A DNA stretch of 64,000 nt from Candidatus Cloacimonadota bacterium (GCA_017994635.1 JAGOKK010000001.1:140-64139), one strand, 5' to 3'; shown: positions 44,371 through 53,364, counted from the first letter of the stretch. Notes: generated from the letters alone by a model not told the origin. Numbers and translations: made by a program.

Positions 44371-45351
44371 TCACCTCTTGTTTAGCAGCATTGATACGAT
44401 CTGCGCAGAATTTACACCTTCGGCTTCTGCGGCAAATGACACCAGAATGCGGTGACGTAATACAATCTGGGCCACACTGCGCACGTCTTCTTCCGCTGGA
44501 GAAAGCCTTCCATCCAGGGCAGCGACAGCTTTCGCGCCCAGGATCAGGTATTGTGAAGCGCGAGGCCCTGCGCCCCAGCTGACCCATTTCTTGATCTCGG
44601 GATCCGCATCTTCCGCCGATGGGCGGCTGCGGCGTACGAGATCCACTGCGTATTTCAACACATGGTCGCTCACCGGCAGAGCCCGGATGGCGTTTTGCAT
44701 GGCGATGATATCTGCCCCACTCATCTGCGGTTTGAGATCGGGAATCTCTATCCCCGTAGTGCTTTGCACGATCTTCAGTTCTTCATCGTAAGTCGGATAT
44801 GAGATACTGATGTAAAACATGAAGCGGTCCAACTGCGCTTCCGGCAAGGGATAGGTTCCTTCCTGCTCTATGGGATTCTGCGTCGCCATCACAATGAAAG
44901 GTTTATCCAGCGTCCATGTCTTATTACCACTGGTGATGGTATTTTCCTGCATGGCTTGTAGGAGGGCAGATTGAGTTTTGGGTGGGGTGCGGTTGATTTC
45001 ATCCGCCAGAATCATATTGGCAAAGACTGGACCCTTCAGGTATTCAAAGCCTTTGGTTCCGGTCGTTTGATTGGATACAAGGATGTCCGTACCGGTAATA
45101 TCGGATGGCATCAGGTCGGGAGTAAATTGGATACGGCTGAAGGAAAGAGACAGGCACTGCGCCAATCCTGATATCATAAGGGTCTTCGCCAAGCCCGGCA
45201 CACCTTCGATCAAGACGTGACCTCCGGCAAAAAGGGCTGTAAGCAGGTGTGTAATCACTTCATCCTGACCAATGATGGCTTTGGCCATCTCGCGTTTCAG
45301 GTTTTGGCTGGTTTGCTTCAGATCCCGGATCTGATCAGGTAGATTTTGCAT
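44371..45351 (-). CDS. MoxR-family AAA+ ATPase
   Basis: 326 aa with LIEGVPGLAKT (Walker A), ILADEINR (Walker B) and ATQNPIEQEGTYPLPEAQLDRF. Confidence 0.9.
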   Translation of the reverse strand: MQNLPDQIRDLKQTSQNLKREMAKAIIGQDEVITHLLTALFAGGHVLIEGVPGLAKTLMISGLAQCLSLSFSRIQFTPDLMPSDITGTDILVSNQTTGTKGFEYLKGPVFANMILADEINRTPPKTQSALLQAMQENTITSGNKTWTLDKPFIVMATQNPIEQEGTYPLPEAQLDRFMFYISISYPTYDEELKIVQSTTGIEIPDLKPQMSGADIIAMQNAIRALPVSDHVLKYAVDLVRRSRPSAEDADPEIKKWVSWGAGPRASQYLILGAKAVAALDGRLSPAEEDVRSVAQIVLRHRILVSFAAEAEGVNSAQIVSMLLNKR

Positions 45352-46348
45352 CTAGGTGTTCTCCTTTAAAGATCAATTTCAATACTTCAATTCCAGATAC
45401 GGCAAAGGCCGGCAGACCCACCGCCAGCATCAGTAATGCAGTAAGAATATGCGCGAAGGCCATGATTGCCGAGGCCTCGGACTTTGTCAATCCAAATCCC
45501 AGGCTAAATATCACGATCATCATCCATTCATTGCTGCCCAATTGAGCAGGTGGCTGCGGCAATGCGTAACTCATATTTATCAAGGTATATCCAAACAGTG
45601 CCAGCAAGAAAGGAAAGGCTACACCAAAGGCTACAAAGAGCAGGTAAAAGTACAATCCGTCCAAAGCTATGCCCAGTATAGTAAGCAGAGTAGCTCCTAC
45701 GAGTTTGGCAGGATGATGTTCAAAGAGATTGAGACCCTGAACAAAGAGAATCAGGAACCTATTAACTTTACTTCTCAGCTTTCTGGGCAGCCAGGAAAAG
45801 AACAGCTTCAAGATGCCCACTGTCCTGTCTTTCTGAAAAGCAGCCAAGAGGATAATCCCCGCCGAAATGACGAATATCAGCGCTAAAACACCCAAAAGGA
45901 GAATCAATGGTAAACTGAGCCGGATCGCCAAAAAGGGAATCAGAATCAGGACAGCCAGAATCGCCAGCGTATCAAAGCTCTTGTCGATGAAGATGGAAGG
46001 TAGGGTATGCACGATGGCCTGACCATGGTTGCGCTTTACAAACCATGCCTTTACCAGTTCTCCGGCCCGGATCGGGATCATGTAATTTAACAGATTACCT
46101 GCCATCGCGTACATCCAGCTCCGCCCAGGGGATATCTTTACATTCTGTGCCAATAACAGATTCCACCGCAAGGAACGCACAAAATACGCACTGAGATACA
46201 CGATTGACGCGATCAGTACATAACGTAGATCCAGAGCACGGAAGTACTCCCCAAGTTCCTGCAGGGGGATGTGTTTCTGCCACAGATAGATCAGTACTAT
46301 CCCGGCGATACTGCCGATGATGAGGATGAGGCTATTGCGCTTGGTCAC
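45335..46348 (-). CDS. Flippase-like / lysylphosphatidylglycerol-synthase-TM-region (UPF0104) membrane protein
   Basis: It is polytopic, with the N-terminal KRNSLILIIGSIAGIVLIYL, RSLRWNLLL and IPIRAGELVK typical of UPF0104. The start is uncertain. The ORF-track start at 46489 overlaps the upstream gene by 158 nt, so I give the in-frame GTG at 46348. Confidence 0.6.
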   Translation of the reverse strand: MTKRNSLILIIGSIAGIVLIYLWQKHIPLQELGEYFRALDLRYVLIASIVYLSAYFVRSLRWNLLLAQNVKISPGRSWMYAMAGNLLNYMIPIRAGELVKAWFVKRNHGQAIVHTLPSIFIDKSFDTLAILAVLILIPFLAIRLSLPLILLLGVLALIFVISAGIILLAAFQKDRTVGILKLFFSWLPRKLRSKVNRFLILFVQGLNLFEHHPAKLVGATLLTILGIALDGLYFYLLFVAFGVAFPFLLALFGYTLINMSYALPQPPAQLGSNEWMMIVIFSLGFGLTKSEASAIMAFAHILTALLMLAVGLPAFAVSGIEVLKLIFKGEHLDAKST

Positions 46349-47183
46349 GATGGAAAAGGAGGTAGCGGTGATGAGCCCAATAGCGTTTGAAGCTCTGGGG
46401 AGCGTATCTTTCCAGGCCGGACAGGAGCAGCATACGCTTTTCGAAACCAGGATCTTCACCCTTGTAAAATGGCAGTATGGACAAGGCATTATCGGGATTG
46501 GGCATTCGTTCCGGCCCAGGCTCTCTTCCCAGAAGCTTGGAAGTAAAGTCCTCTTTGGTCATCCCAATATCCGGCCAGGGCGGGCAATCAATATAATCCG
46601 TTTCGAGCAAGCGAAAGCCTATTCTTTTCATAAGAAAGATAATATTATGATGATCGATAAATGATGGCTGCAAAAAGGGATAACGGGATCGGTTGTAGCC
46701 CTTCAATTGCCCCTTGAACCCCAGGCCATCCTGATTGGGGACACAGAGCAAAATGGGTCCACTTACCACTCTGCACAGCTCACTGAGGAACGAGTCGAGA
46801 TTGGCTACGAACCAAAGGGCTGAAAAATTGAAGGCAAAATCGAAAAAAGCATCTGGATAATCCAGCATGGAAAAACCAGTATTTCGCCTCAATGATACAG
46901 ATAACCCCAGATCCCTCCAGGTGCTTTCGATCAGTTTCAGGCGCTGTTCGTTATCATCTTCCAGATATACGTCGCAGCCAGCTTGAGCCATGGCAACCAG
47001 ATTGATACCGGTGATTCCGGTAAACCCAAAGCAGGGAGCTTCCAACACCCGGATAAAGCCATAATCCCGCTTCAGTCTATTCAGCAGACGATTGAGTACG
47101 ATGCGCTCATAAGATGATCCCAAGCCTTCATGGGCTACCGGATAGTACTTTTGCCAGCTATTTATGATCGGAATGGCCATCAC
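46332..47183 (-). CDS. Hypothetical protein, class I methyltransferase-like fold with degenerate motif I
   Basis: 283 aa. VLEAPCFGFTGITG followed by CDVYLEDDN resembles SAM motif I plus the acidic loop. The assignment is weak. Confidence 0.4.
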   Translation of the reverse strand: MMAIPIINSWQKYYPVAHEGLGSSYERIVLNRLLNRLKRDYGFIRVLEAPCFGFTGITGINLVAMAQAGCDVYLEDDNEQRLKLIESTWRDLGLSVSLRRNTGFSMLDYPDAFFDFAFNFSALWFVANLDSFLSELCRVVSGPILLCVPNQDGLGFKGQLKGYNRSRYPFLQPSFIDHHNIIFLMKRIGFRLLETDYIDCPPWPDIGMTKEDFTSKLLGREPGPERMPNPDNALSILPFYKGEDPGFEKRMLLLSGLERYAPQSFKRYWAHHRYLLFHRDQAQ

Positions 47184-48157
47184 TTACCCAAATAGTAATC
47201 AATCACGATTTGGATGCCGGGGATTGTGAAATGCGGCTGAATGCCTTTTTCCTGCATCAATTCGTAATACTTTTGAACATCATAAAACCAGCTCTTGGAG
47301 ATCAGTTCGAAGCGGGAGATAAAGAGTTCATTCTTCAGCAGGCGAGACACGCTCTCCCCCATGGCAAAGAACCTACGGTCCACACCCAGCCAGGCAGGGT
47401 AATTCTTCCCATGTAGCTGCCTGGAAATAAAATCCACCAAGGAACTTAGCTGAACTGGTTCCCGATCTGCTACATTGATCGCCAGTCCGGAATCCCAGTC
47501 GTGGCTGAGCGCCCATAGAAAAGCTTCCACCAAGGTTTCAATATGACACAAATGGATCCATATCCGCTTTTTAATGAGCGGGAAGTGATGCCTGGCGACC
47601 AACTTGACCATTTGATAGGGAAAGCCGTGATCGCCCTTGCCATAGGTGATGCTGGGACGGATGATCATCGCTTTCAGACCGTGCAACACAGCTCTGGAGA
47701 TGATCTTTTCGGATTCGATCTTGGTATAATGATAGTAGTTATCGGGATTCTTCTGGGTTTGCTGATTGGCAGGGAGCTCAGAAGGTATCGCTCCCCAGAT
47801 GCCCACGGAACTGCAAAAGATCAAACGAGCACCGCTTTTCACGCAGTAAGCCACAAATTGCTCTGTGCTAGACACATTGCTGCGGTAATACTCTTCCCTA
47901 TTGGCTTTGCGGCCGCCCCTCAGCGCTCCGATATGGATCACCGTATCAAAATCAGCGCTTTCCAGATAGGCTTTCAATCCGGAAATATCGCTCAAGCTTA
48001 CATACACCAGCTTGATCACATTTTGATACTTCGCTATACGGTCATGTGAACCTCCGGGCCTCACCAGAGCAGTGATCTCATGTCCCAGAGGTAACAGGGC
48101 TGTGGCTACGCTACCGCCGATAAAGCCGGTAATCCCGGTGATGAGGATCTTAGCCAA
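47180..48157 (-). CDS. NAD-dependent epimerase/dehydratase (extended SDR)
   Basis: 325 aa with ILITGITGFIGGSV (Rossmann GxxGxxG) and YYHYTKIESE (the YxxxK). Confidence 0.85.
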   Translation of the reverse strand: MAKILITGITGFIGGSVATALLPLGHEITALVRPGGSHDRIAKYQNVIKLVYVSLSDISGLKAYLESADFDTVIHIGALRGGRKANREEYYRSNVSSTEQFVAYCVKSGARLIFCSSVGIWGAIPSELPANQQTQKNPDNYYHYTKIESEKIISRAVLHGLKAMIIRPSITYGKGDHGFPYQMVKLVARHHFPLIKKRIWIHLCHIETLVEAFLWALSHDWDSGLAINVADREPVQLSSLVDFISRQLHGKNYPAWLGVDRRFFAMGESVSRLLKNELFISRFELISKSWFYDVQKYYELMQEKGIQPHFTIPGIQIVIDYYLGK

Positions 48158-48935
48158 AGATTCTCTCCAGCAAGCCCCGCTTATGCTCTCTGTGGTGAGA
48201 ATGCTTCACTATCACGTACTTGTATGGTATTTTGTCGTGGTTCCCAATGGCAGATGGATGCCCCTGACACAACAAATACGCCGCGTTGTCGTCGATGCGT
48301 TCCGTGATCAGTCTGCAGGCATCGAAATATGCTCCATAATCCATGCGCACATGATCGTCCGAAGCCAAAAAATGAGTCCAGCCGTTGTCGACCAGCACCC
48401 AGGCCGTCTGGCGTACTTTTTCGCCATAATGCCCCAGCAGCGCGCCGGCATTGGTCTGGATATAGATGTCCCGATCGTTCAATTCTCGGGCCTTGGAGGG
48501 TTTTTTCATGATGCTTACATAGCGTTCGCCATGCGCTAAAATGGGTTTGAATCCCGCTCTCAACAGAGGGTACACATTCTGATAAAAATCGGTTGGCAGG
48601 CCATTCAATTCACTCTCAATCAGCACATAATTACTTTCGCCCAGAGTGAGCCTCTTTTCTTTGATATCCTCTACGATGCCGGGCTGAATGAAGACCTCGA
48701 AGCCGCTGTGCAGCTTGATCTTGAGCCCTGCATTCTCCGCAGCTTCCCGCAAAGTAGCCAGTTTTGCGTCATAATCCTGGCGGGGATAGTGATAATGCCC
48801 ACGGAAATAATGCGAAGTCAGATACACTTCGCTTACTCCGCCCTCTTCCATTTGCCTCAGTTGCTCGATGCTCTTACCGAGGTCGTCCGATCCATCATCG
48901 ATGTTCGGTAACAGGTGACAGTGGATGTCGATCAT
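48150..48935 (-). CDS. PHP-family tyrosine-protein phosphatase, CpsB/YwqE-like
   Basis: 261 aa. The N-terminus MIDIHCHLLPNIDDGSDD is the CpsB signature, and TSHY and SDDH are also present. Confidence 0.85.
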   Translation of the reverse strand: MIDIHCHLLPNIDDGSDDLGKSIEQLRQMEEGGVSEVYLTSHYFRGHYHYPRQDYDAKLATLREAAENAGLKIKLHSGFEVFIQPGIVEDIKEKRLTLGESNYVLIESELNGLPTDFYQNVYPLLRAGFKPILAHGERYVSIMKKPSKARELNDRDIYIQTNAGALLGHYGEKVRQTAWVLVDNGWTHFLASDDHVRMDYGAYFDACRLITERIDDNAAYLLCQGHPSAIGNHDKIPYKYVIVKHSHHREHKRGLLERIFG

Positions 48936-48941
48936 GCCTAC

Positions 48942-49832
48942 TTATGGTAACCTCTCATTGATCATTTGAATGAACTCCATCAATACGTCGTTATTGGGGT
49001 AGGGCTTGATACCCCGGCTGCATTCATCCAGCAAACTCTCCACTTGCTTACGAGCCTTATCAAAGCCCAATAAACCCGTGTAACTGGCTTTGGAAACAGG
49101 GACGTAGTCGTCCGAGAAATCCAGTCCTTCGCTTCCTCTGGCATAATCCGCTTCGATATCATCGATCATCTGATAAGCCATTCCCAGGTTCACAGCGTAA
49201 GAGGACATGATCTGACGCGTGTTGTCATCAGCTCCGGCCAGGATGCAGGCCAGATCAGCGCAAGCAGTCAAGAGTGAGCCCACCTTCTTCATATCTATAT
49301 ATCGTAGTGTATTGATCTTCATTATTTTGCGTTTATTTGCCAGATCGATGGCCTGGCCGCCGATCAGACCGTAACTCTTGCTGCTGATCGCCAGACTACG
49401 GATGGCCAGATTGGCCTTAGTGGCGTCTTTGATCTGCCCCATTTGTTCAAAAGCCAGTGTGTACAAAGCATCGGCTGCCAATATGGCTATGGCATTGCCG
49501 TATTCCTGATGAATGGCGGGCTGCCCTCTCCGTTCCTTGCGGTTCATCACGCTGGGAAGATCGTCATGTACCAGGGCGGCGTTGTGGATCAATTCCACCG
49601 CGCAAGCAGCAAACACAGCGTCGGGAAGCTGTTTGTTGTTTTTCTTCAGCCCAGTGAGCATCTCAAAGATGGAAATCAACAGCAAGGGACGCCATCTTTT
49701 CCCACCGGGAATCACGGCCTTACGCATGGCTTCTTTGAGGCTGAGTGCGTGGCGCTTGTCAAATTCCAAAGCGCGCTCCAATCCCTCATCTATCATCTGC
49801 ATTCTGGTCTCAAAATACTTCTGTAACAGCAA
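48942..49832 (-). CDS. Polyprenyl synthetase-family protein (IspA/GGPPS fold) with non-canonical Asp-rich motifs
   Basis: 296 aa with GGKRWRP and LIHNAALVHDDLPSVMNRKERRG (49524-49565). Canonical enzymes have DDLPAMDNDDLRRG at this position. The second motif is YQMIDDIEAD rather than DDxxD. Confidence 0.7.
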   Translation of the reverse strand: MLLQKYFETRMQMIDEGLERALEFDKRHALSLKEAMRKAVIPGGKRWRPLLLISIFEMLTGLKKNNKQLPDAVFAACAVELIHNAALVHDDLPSVMNRKERRGQPAIHQEYGNAIAILAADALYTLAFEQMGQIKDATKANLAIRSLAISSKSYGLIGGQAIDLANKRKIMKINTLRYIDMKKVGSLLTACADLACILAGADDNTRQIMSSYAVNLGMAYQMIDDIEADYARGSEGLDFSDDYVPVSKASYTGLLGFDKARKQVESLLDECSRGIKPYPNNDVLMEFIQMINERLP

Positions 49833-50104
49833 TGTCTTTCTCCCTTGTCCTGTAGGAAATAATTATATTCCACCTGACGCTATCGATTCTATATAGATAC
49901 GAAGATTTGTCAAGTAGTTTCTGCCCTTATCCTACCTCACCATCTTTTGCAGCACTCACGCCGGTTTTCTTCCTTTGGGTGATCTCAAGTCGTAGCTACA
50001 GGTTTGAACACTCAATCTCAGTACTAATCCACACTTGAGGCTGCTGCATCATTGAAGCGATGATAAACCTATTGCGTACTCAGAAATGAGGAATATTCAG
50101 GTCT

Positions 50105-50218
50105 GTGCTCTCTAGTACCTTGCACTCCACACGAATCCCACTCGAAATCCACCTGAACTGGGTTCAGGAGGAGTTCAGGTGGATTTCAAGTGGAGTCTGT
50201 GATGCGAGTAGGGAAGCA
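50105..50218. repeat. Copy 3 of the ~115-bp 11-nt-phased palindromic element (best hairpin)
   Basis: gaaatccacctgaac (50144-50158) is perfectly complementary to gttcaggtggatttc (50173-50187). The arms extend with mismatches to 50105 and 50218. The right arm reads gttcaggagga gttcaggtgga tttcaagtgga gtctgtgatgc gagtagggaagca. Confidence 0.8.
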
Positions 50219-50221
50219 TAA

Positions 50222-50437
50222 TCAATCGACATTGAACACATCTTCCACCTTCGTTTCAAAGACTCGGGCCAGCTTCAAAGCAAGGTAAAGAGACGGCAGA
50301 TACTTGCCCGCTTCGAGCGCTATAATGGTTTGACGCGTCACTCCCACTTTCTCTGCCAATTGCTCCTGCGTCATTTCACCAGCTTCAAAGCGAAGCTTGC
50401 GGATGTTGTTGCTGATCTTGTGTTCCGGCTTAAACAT
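50222..50437 (-). CDS. XRE-family helix-turn-helix transcriptional regulator (small, YozG-like)
   Basis: 71 aa with [41 protein letters not shown]. Confidence 0.85.
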   Translation of the reverse strand: MFKPEHKISNNIRKLRFEAGEMTQEQLAEKVGVTRQTIIALEAGKYLPSLYLALKLARVFETKVEDVFNVD

Positions 50438-50843
50438 TCAAAGCTCCCTTCTTGTAAAGGATGAGAATGGATGCCGACCAAAAAGCATAGAGCGAAAGCC
50501 AGCTATGCAGCGCCAGGAGCAATACCTGATGAACGGGGGCAAAGCCCTGTCCCCGATGCAATAAATAAAGCACTATTGCATACAGAGCTACAGTTAATCC
50601 AAAAGCATGAGTAGCGATGATCGCCGATTGTAAACGGATGGTTCTATCCATTTCGTCCATCTCCCGGTATTTGCAGCCACTACTTTTGCGGATCAACCAC
50701 AAGCTGAGGATAAACATCAAAAAGATGAGCAACACAGCTTCGGAACTGATCGCTGTGAATAGGCATGGAACAAACAGCAGGACAATGAAATACACAATGC
50801 TGCAGAACAGCGTGTAGAGAGCTTCTTTTTGTTGTACTGACAT
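50430..50843 (-). CDS. Hypothetical four-TM membrane protein (usual partner of small XRE regulators)
   Basis: 137 aa with four hydrophobic segments. It overlaps the downstream HTH gene by 8 nt. Confidence 0.55.
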   Translation of the reverse strand: MSVQQKEALYTLFCSIVYFIVLLFVPCLFTAISSEAVLLIFLMFILSLWLIRKSSGCKYREMDEMDRTIRLQSAIIATHAFGLTVALYAIVLYLLHRGQGFAPVHQVLLLALHSWLSLYAFWSASILILYKKGALNV

Positions 50844-50936
50844 TAGTCAAACTCCTCTTTGTGAACCGGCCATCTTTTATTTTCGCAGTAGTTTAAGCCC
50901 CGCGAAGCATCAGCCTTTGTAATGTTCACCAGACAC

Positions 50937-50958
50937 AATGTAATTCATACCTTACATT
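50937..50958. promoter_or_regulatory. 7-bp inverted repeat AATGTAA N8 TTACATT upstream of the membrane-protein/XRE operon; candidate operator
   Basis: aatgtaa lies at 50937-50943 and ttacatt at 50952-50958, about 100 nt upstream of the 50843 start on the minus strand. Confidence 0.25.
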
Positions 50959-51151
50959 CTGTCAAGATGTTTTTACTATGTTAAGGCTGTTGATGTTTTT
51001 CCACATGGCTGATGATAAGTCTTAAATCATTTCATCTTAGCCATTTACAAATGCCTCTCTTCTAGTATTATTTCTGTAGGGCCTGCAATCCTCTGGACAA
51101 CGTTCTTGACATATAAGTGCCCCAAAGAAAGGTGTCCGATCAAGAGGAGTT

Positions 51152-51349
51152 ATGAAAAAGAGGATTAATTGGACACGCTTGATGCTATCACTTTACCTTG
51201 GCGCAGGACTAACCTTCATTGTGTATGTATTACTGCCCTACAAGTGGAATGGGATTCAGAACGTGCTCCTGAAGATGACTTTACCTTTTATCATCTGGAT
51301 CAGCTTCGCCCTGGTGGTGTATGTAACAGCCAGCGATAATGGCGCGTAG
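51152..51349 (+). CDS. Small hypothetical two-TM membrane protein
   Basis: 65 aa (LMLSLYLGAGLTFIVYVLL; LPFIIWISFALVVYVTA), preceded by AAGAGGAG. There is no homology evidence. Confidence 0.4.
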   Translation: MKKRINWTRLMLSLYLGAGLTFIVYVLLPYKWNGIQNVLLKMTLPFIIWISFALVVYVTASDNGA

Positions 51350-51476
51350 CCTGTGAATACAATAAAGACTTATTGTAAACATGGCTAGCACCACGACTGG
51401 ATTTGTCAACATCCTGAACCCCGGATTGGGCTTTGTAGTGATGTGTTGCATCTCCGTGTGACGCTTATCAGGAGAG

Positions 51477-51674
51477 TCAGTTCCGTCAGTCCAGTCAGTT
51501 TTCCATCATAGCACCCTTCGTTGTCCGTTCCCTCAGCGTAGCCAATCATATGTTAAATCCGCGTAATCCGCGTGCCAAAGAACCTGTCTTCATCACTGAA
51601 GGTATACTCTCAATTCTCAATTCTCAATTCTCTTCTTAATCCGCGTGCCCCCATTTCTCAATTCAGTTCCGTCA
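51477..51674. repeat. Composite direct repeats in a 560-nt non-coding region, including a 3.5x tandem heptamer
   Basis: tcagttccgtca occurs at 51477-51488 and 51663-51674. aatccgcgt is tandem at 51556-51564 and 51565-51573, and aatccgcgtgcc recurs at 51638-51649. TCTCAAT occurs 3.5 times at 51608-51632 and again at 51656-51662. Confidence 0.75.
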
Positions 51675-51912
51675 AGTTTATCCATGAATAGCGTCACCCT
51701 CCGGGCTACAAATGACTTCATCAACGTCCTAAATACCCTCATGGGCATGATCGTTCAATACAAACGAAGGCATAACATCCAGGCCAGACGTGATCAATGG
51801 CAAATGAAAATAAGACTGGATTGAAAAATGGTGAGAATGCCATAAAAAAAGCCATTGACAGTCTATAGCACTTTACGATGGTGGACAAAAGGACTATTTT
51901 TGAAGGTTTAGC

Positions 51913-53364
51913 ATGAGTATCAGCACAGAAATCCTGTCCCGGCTGGAAGAACACGTGATTGGCAGAGGCCTTGTTACAAATGGAGATAAGCTGCTTCTGG
52001 GTATTTCCGGAGGTGCGGATTCTTCAGCTCTTTTGTATCTGTTTTCCCGTTTGCGATATCACCACAATCTCTCGCTTCTGGCAGTGCATGTGAATCATCA
52101 GTTGAGAGCTGAAGACAGCGATTTGGACGAGAAGCATGTGAAGGAACTCTGCGTGCACCTGAATGTAGCCCTGATAATACGTCGGATAACCTTGGAGCCA
52201 GGTGCGGATTTGGAAAATAGAGCACGTGGAGCTCGTTTTGAGGCGTTTCGGAGCGTACTCCAAAGCTACCGCTTTCACAAGATCGTTTTGGGACATCACA
52301 AATGGGATCAAGCGGAAACTGTGTTACTAAACATGATGCGGGGATCCGGTCTGTCCGGATTGGGAGGGATAAAGGCTTTGCAAGGGGATGTGTGTCATCC
52401 GCTCTTGATCTTTAGCCCAGACGAGCTGAAACAGATGCTACAGGAGCAGAAACTTTTCTGGCGTGAGGATGCCACAAACATGCACAATCACTTTACACGC
52501 AATCGTTTGCGCAACGATCTCATCCCCAAGCTTCAAGCTGAGTACAATCCCCAGATCAAGGAAAAACTCTGTGATGAAGCCCGCATCATCAGCGAAGCAG
52601 ACACCTACATCAAGGAGCGAGCATTGCGCAAGTACCGCAAGCTACTACTGGATGTCACCAAGGAGCGCTTGATCCTCAGTTTACCAGATATTCTCAAGGC
52701 TCCAGACATTGAGCAGTATTATATCCTTCGCTTTGCCTATCAAACTCTGGCCAATATTGAGCTGGATTTTCTGGGCGTACACTTGCGTGAGGTAAAGACA
52801 ATAATGAACGCAAAGGGCTGTAAATACGTTTCCCTGCCGCACAGTGTGTACGTGATAAAGCAATATCAGGAGCTAATCTTCAGCACACAGAGTCAGGAAT
52901 TGCATCCTGAGGCCAGCGAAGAATTGATCATCGAGCCGGAACGCGCCAGAGCCGTACATATGGATCACCGCTTTAGCTTTAAATATCTGAAAGTATTGCC
53001 CCACAATTACAAAGAACAGGATAGGAACCACGCGATGATCGACGTAGACAAGCTGACCGGCGACATCTGCATCAGATCGAGACGCGAAGGAGATCGTTTT
53101 ATCCCCCTCGGCATGAAGGGTTTGAAGAAGCTGAAAGACTTTTTCATTGACGAAAAAGTAGCTAAATACGATAGGGATTTGATCCCCATTTTTACGGACG
53201 GGGAGAAGCTTATCTGGGTTTGCGGTCATCGGATTGACGAGCGCGTAAAGGTGGATCAAAGTAGCTCCCGCTTTCTGATGATACAGGCAGAACCCGTAAC
53301 CAGCAAGCCCAAACGGGCGGCAAGCAGAATAAAGAGAGGAACTGATGAATTTGATGAATTGTGA
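51913..53364 (+). CDS. tilS: tRNA(Ile)-lysidine synthetase
   Basis: 483 aa with the PP-loop LLGISGGADSSALL, HVNHQLR, and a C-terminal TilS domain (GDRFIPLGM..KKLKDFFID). Confidence 0.9.
   Translation: MSISTEILSRLEEHVIGRGLVTNGDKLLLGISGGADSSALLYLFSRLRYHHNLSLLAVHVNHQLRAEDSDLDEKHVKELCVHLNVALIIRRITLEPGADLENRARGARFEAFRSVLQSYRFHKIVLGHHKWDQAETVLLNMMRGSGLSGLGGIKALQGDVCHPLLIFSPDELKQMLQEQKLFWREDATNMHNHFTRNRLRNDLIPKLQAEYNPQIKEKLCDEARIISEADTYIKERALRKYRKLLLDVTKERLILSLPDILKAPDIEQYYILRFAYQTLANIELDFLGVHLREVKTIMNAKGCKYVSLPHSVYVIKQYQELIFSTQSQELHPEASEELIIEPERARAVHMDHRFSFKYLKVLPHNYKEQDRNHAMIDVDKLTGDICIRSRREGDRFIPLGMKGLKKLKDFFIDEKVAKYDRDLIPIFTDGEKLIWVCGHRIDERVKVDQSSSRFLMIQAEPVTSKPKRAASRIKRGTDEFDEL

Noticed and set aside
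51359-51376. Hairpin acaataa-agac-ttattgt after the 65-aa ORF, considered as an intrinsic terminator
   Set aside because: The stem is a pure A/T stem of 7 bp with no following T-tract, which is too weak to call.
51608-51632. Tandem TCTCAAT heptamers and the GTTCARG arrays considered as CRISPR or CRISPR-like repeats
   Set aside because: The units are 7 and 11 nt with no unique spacers of 25-40 nt between them, and no cas genes are in the window. This is not a CRISPR architecture.
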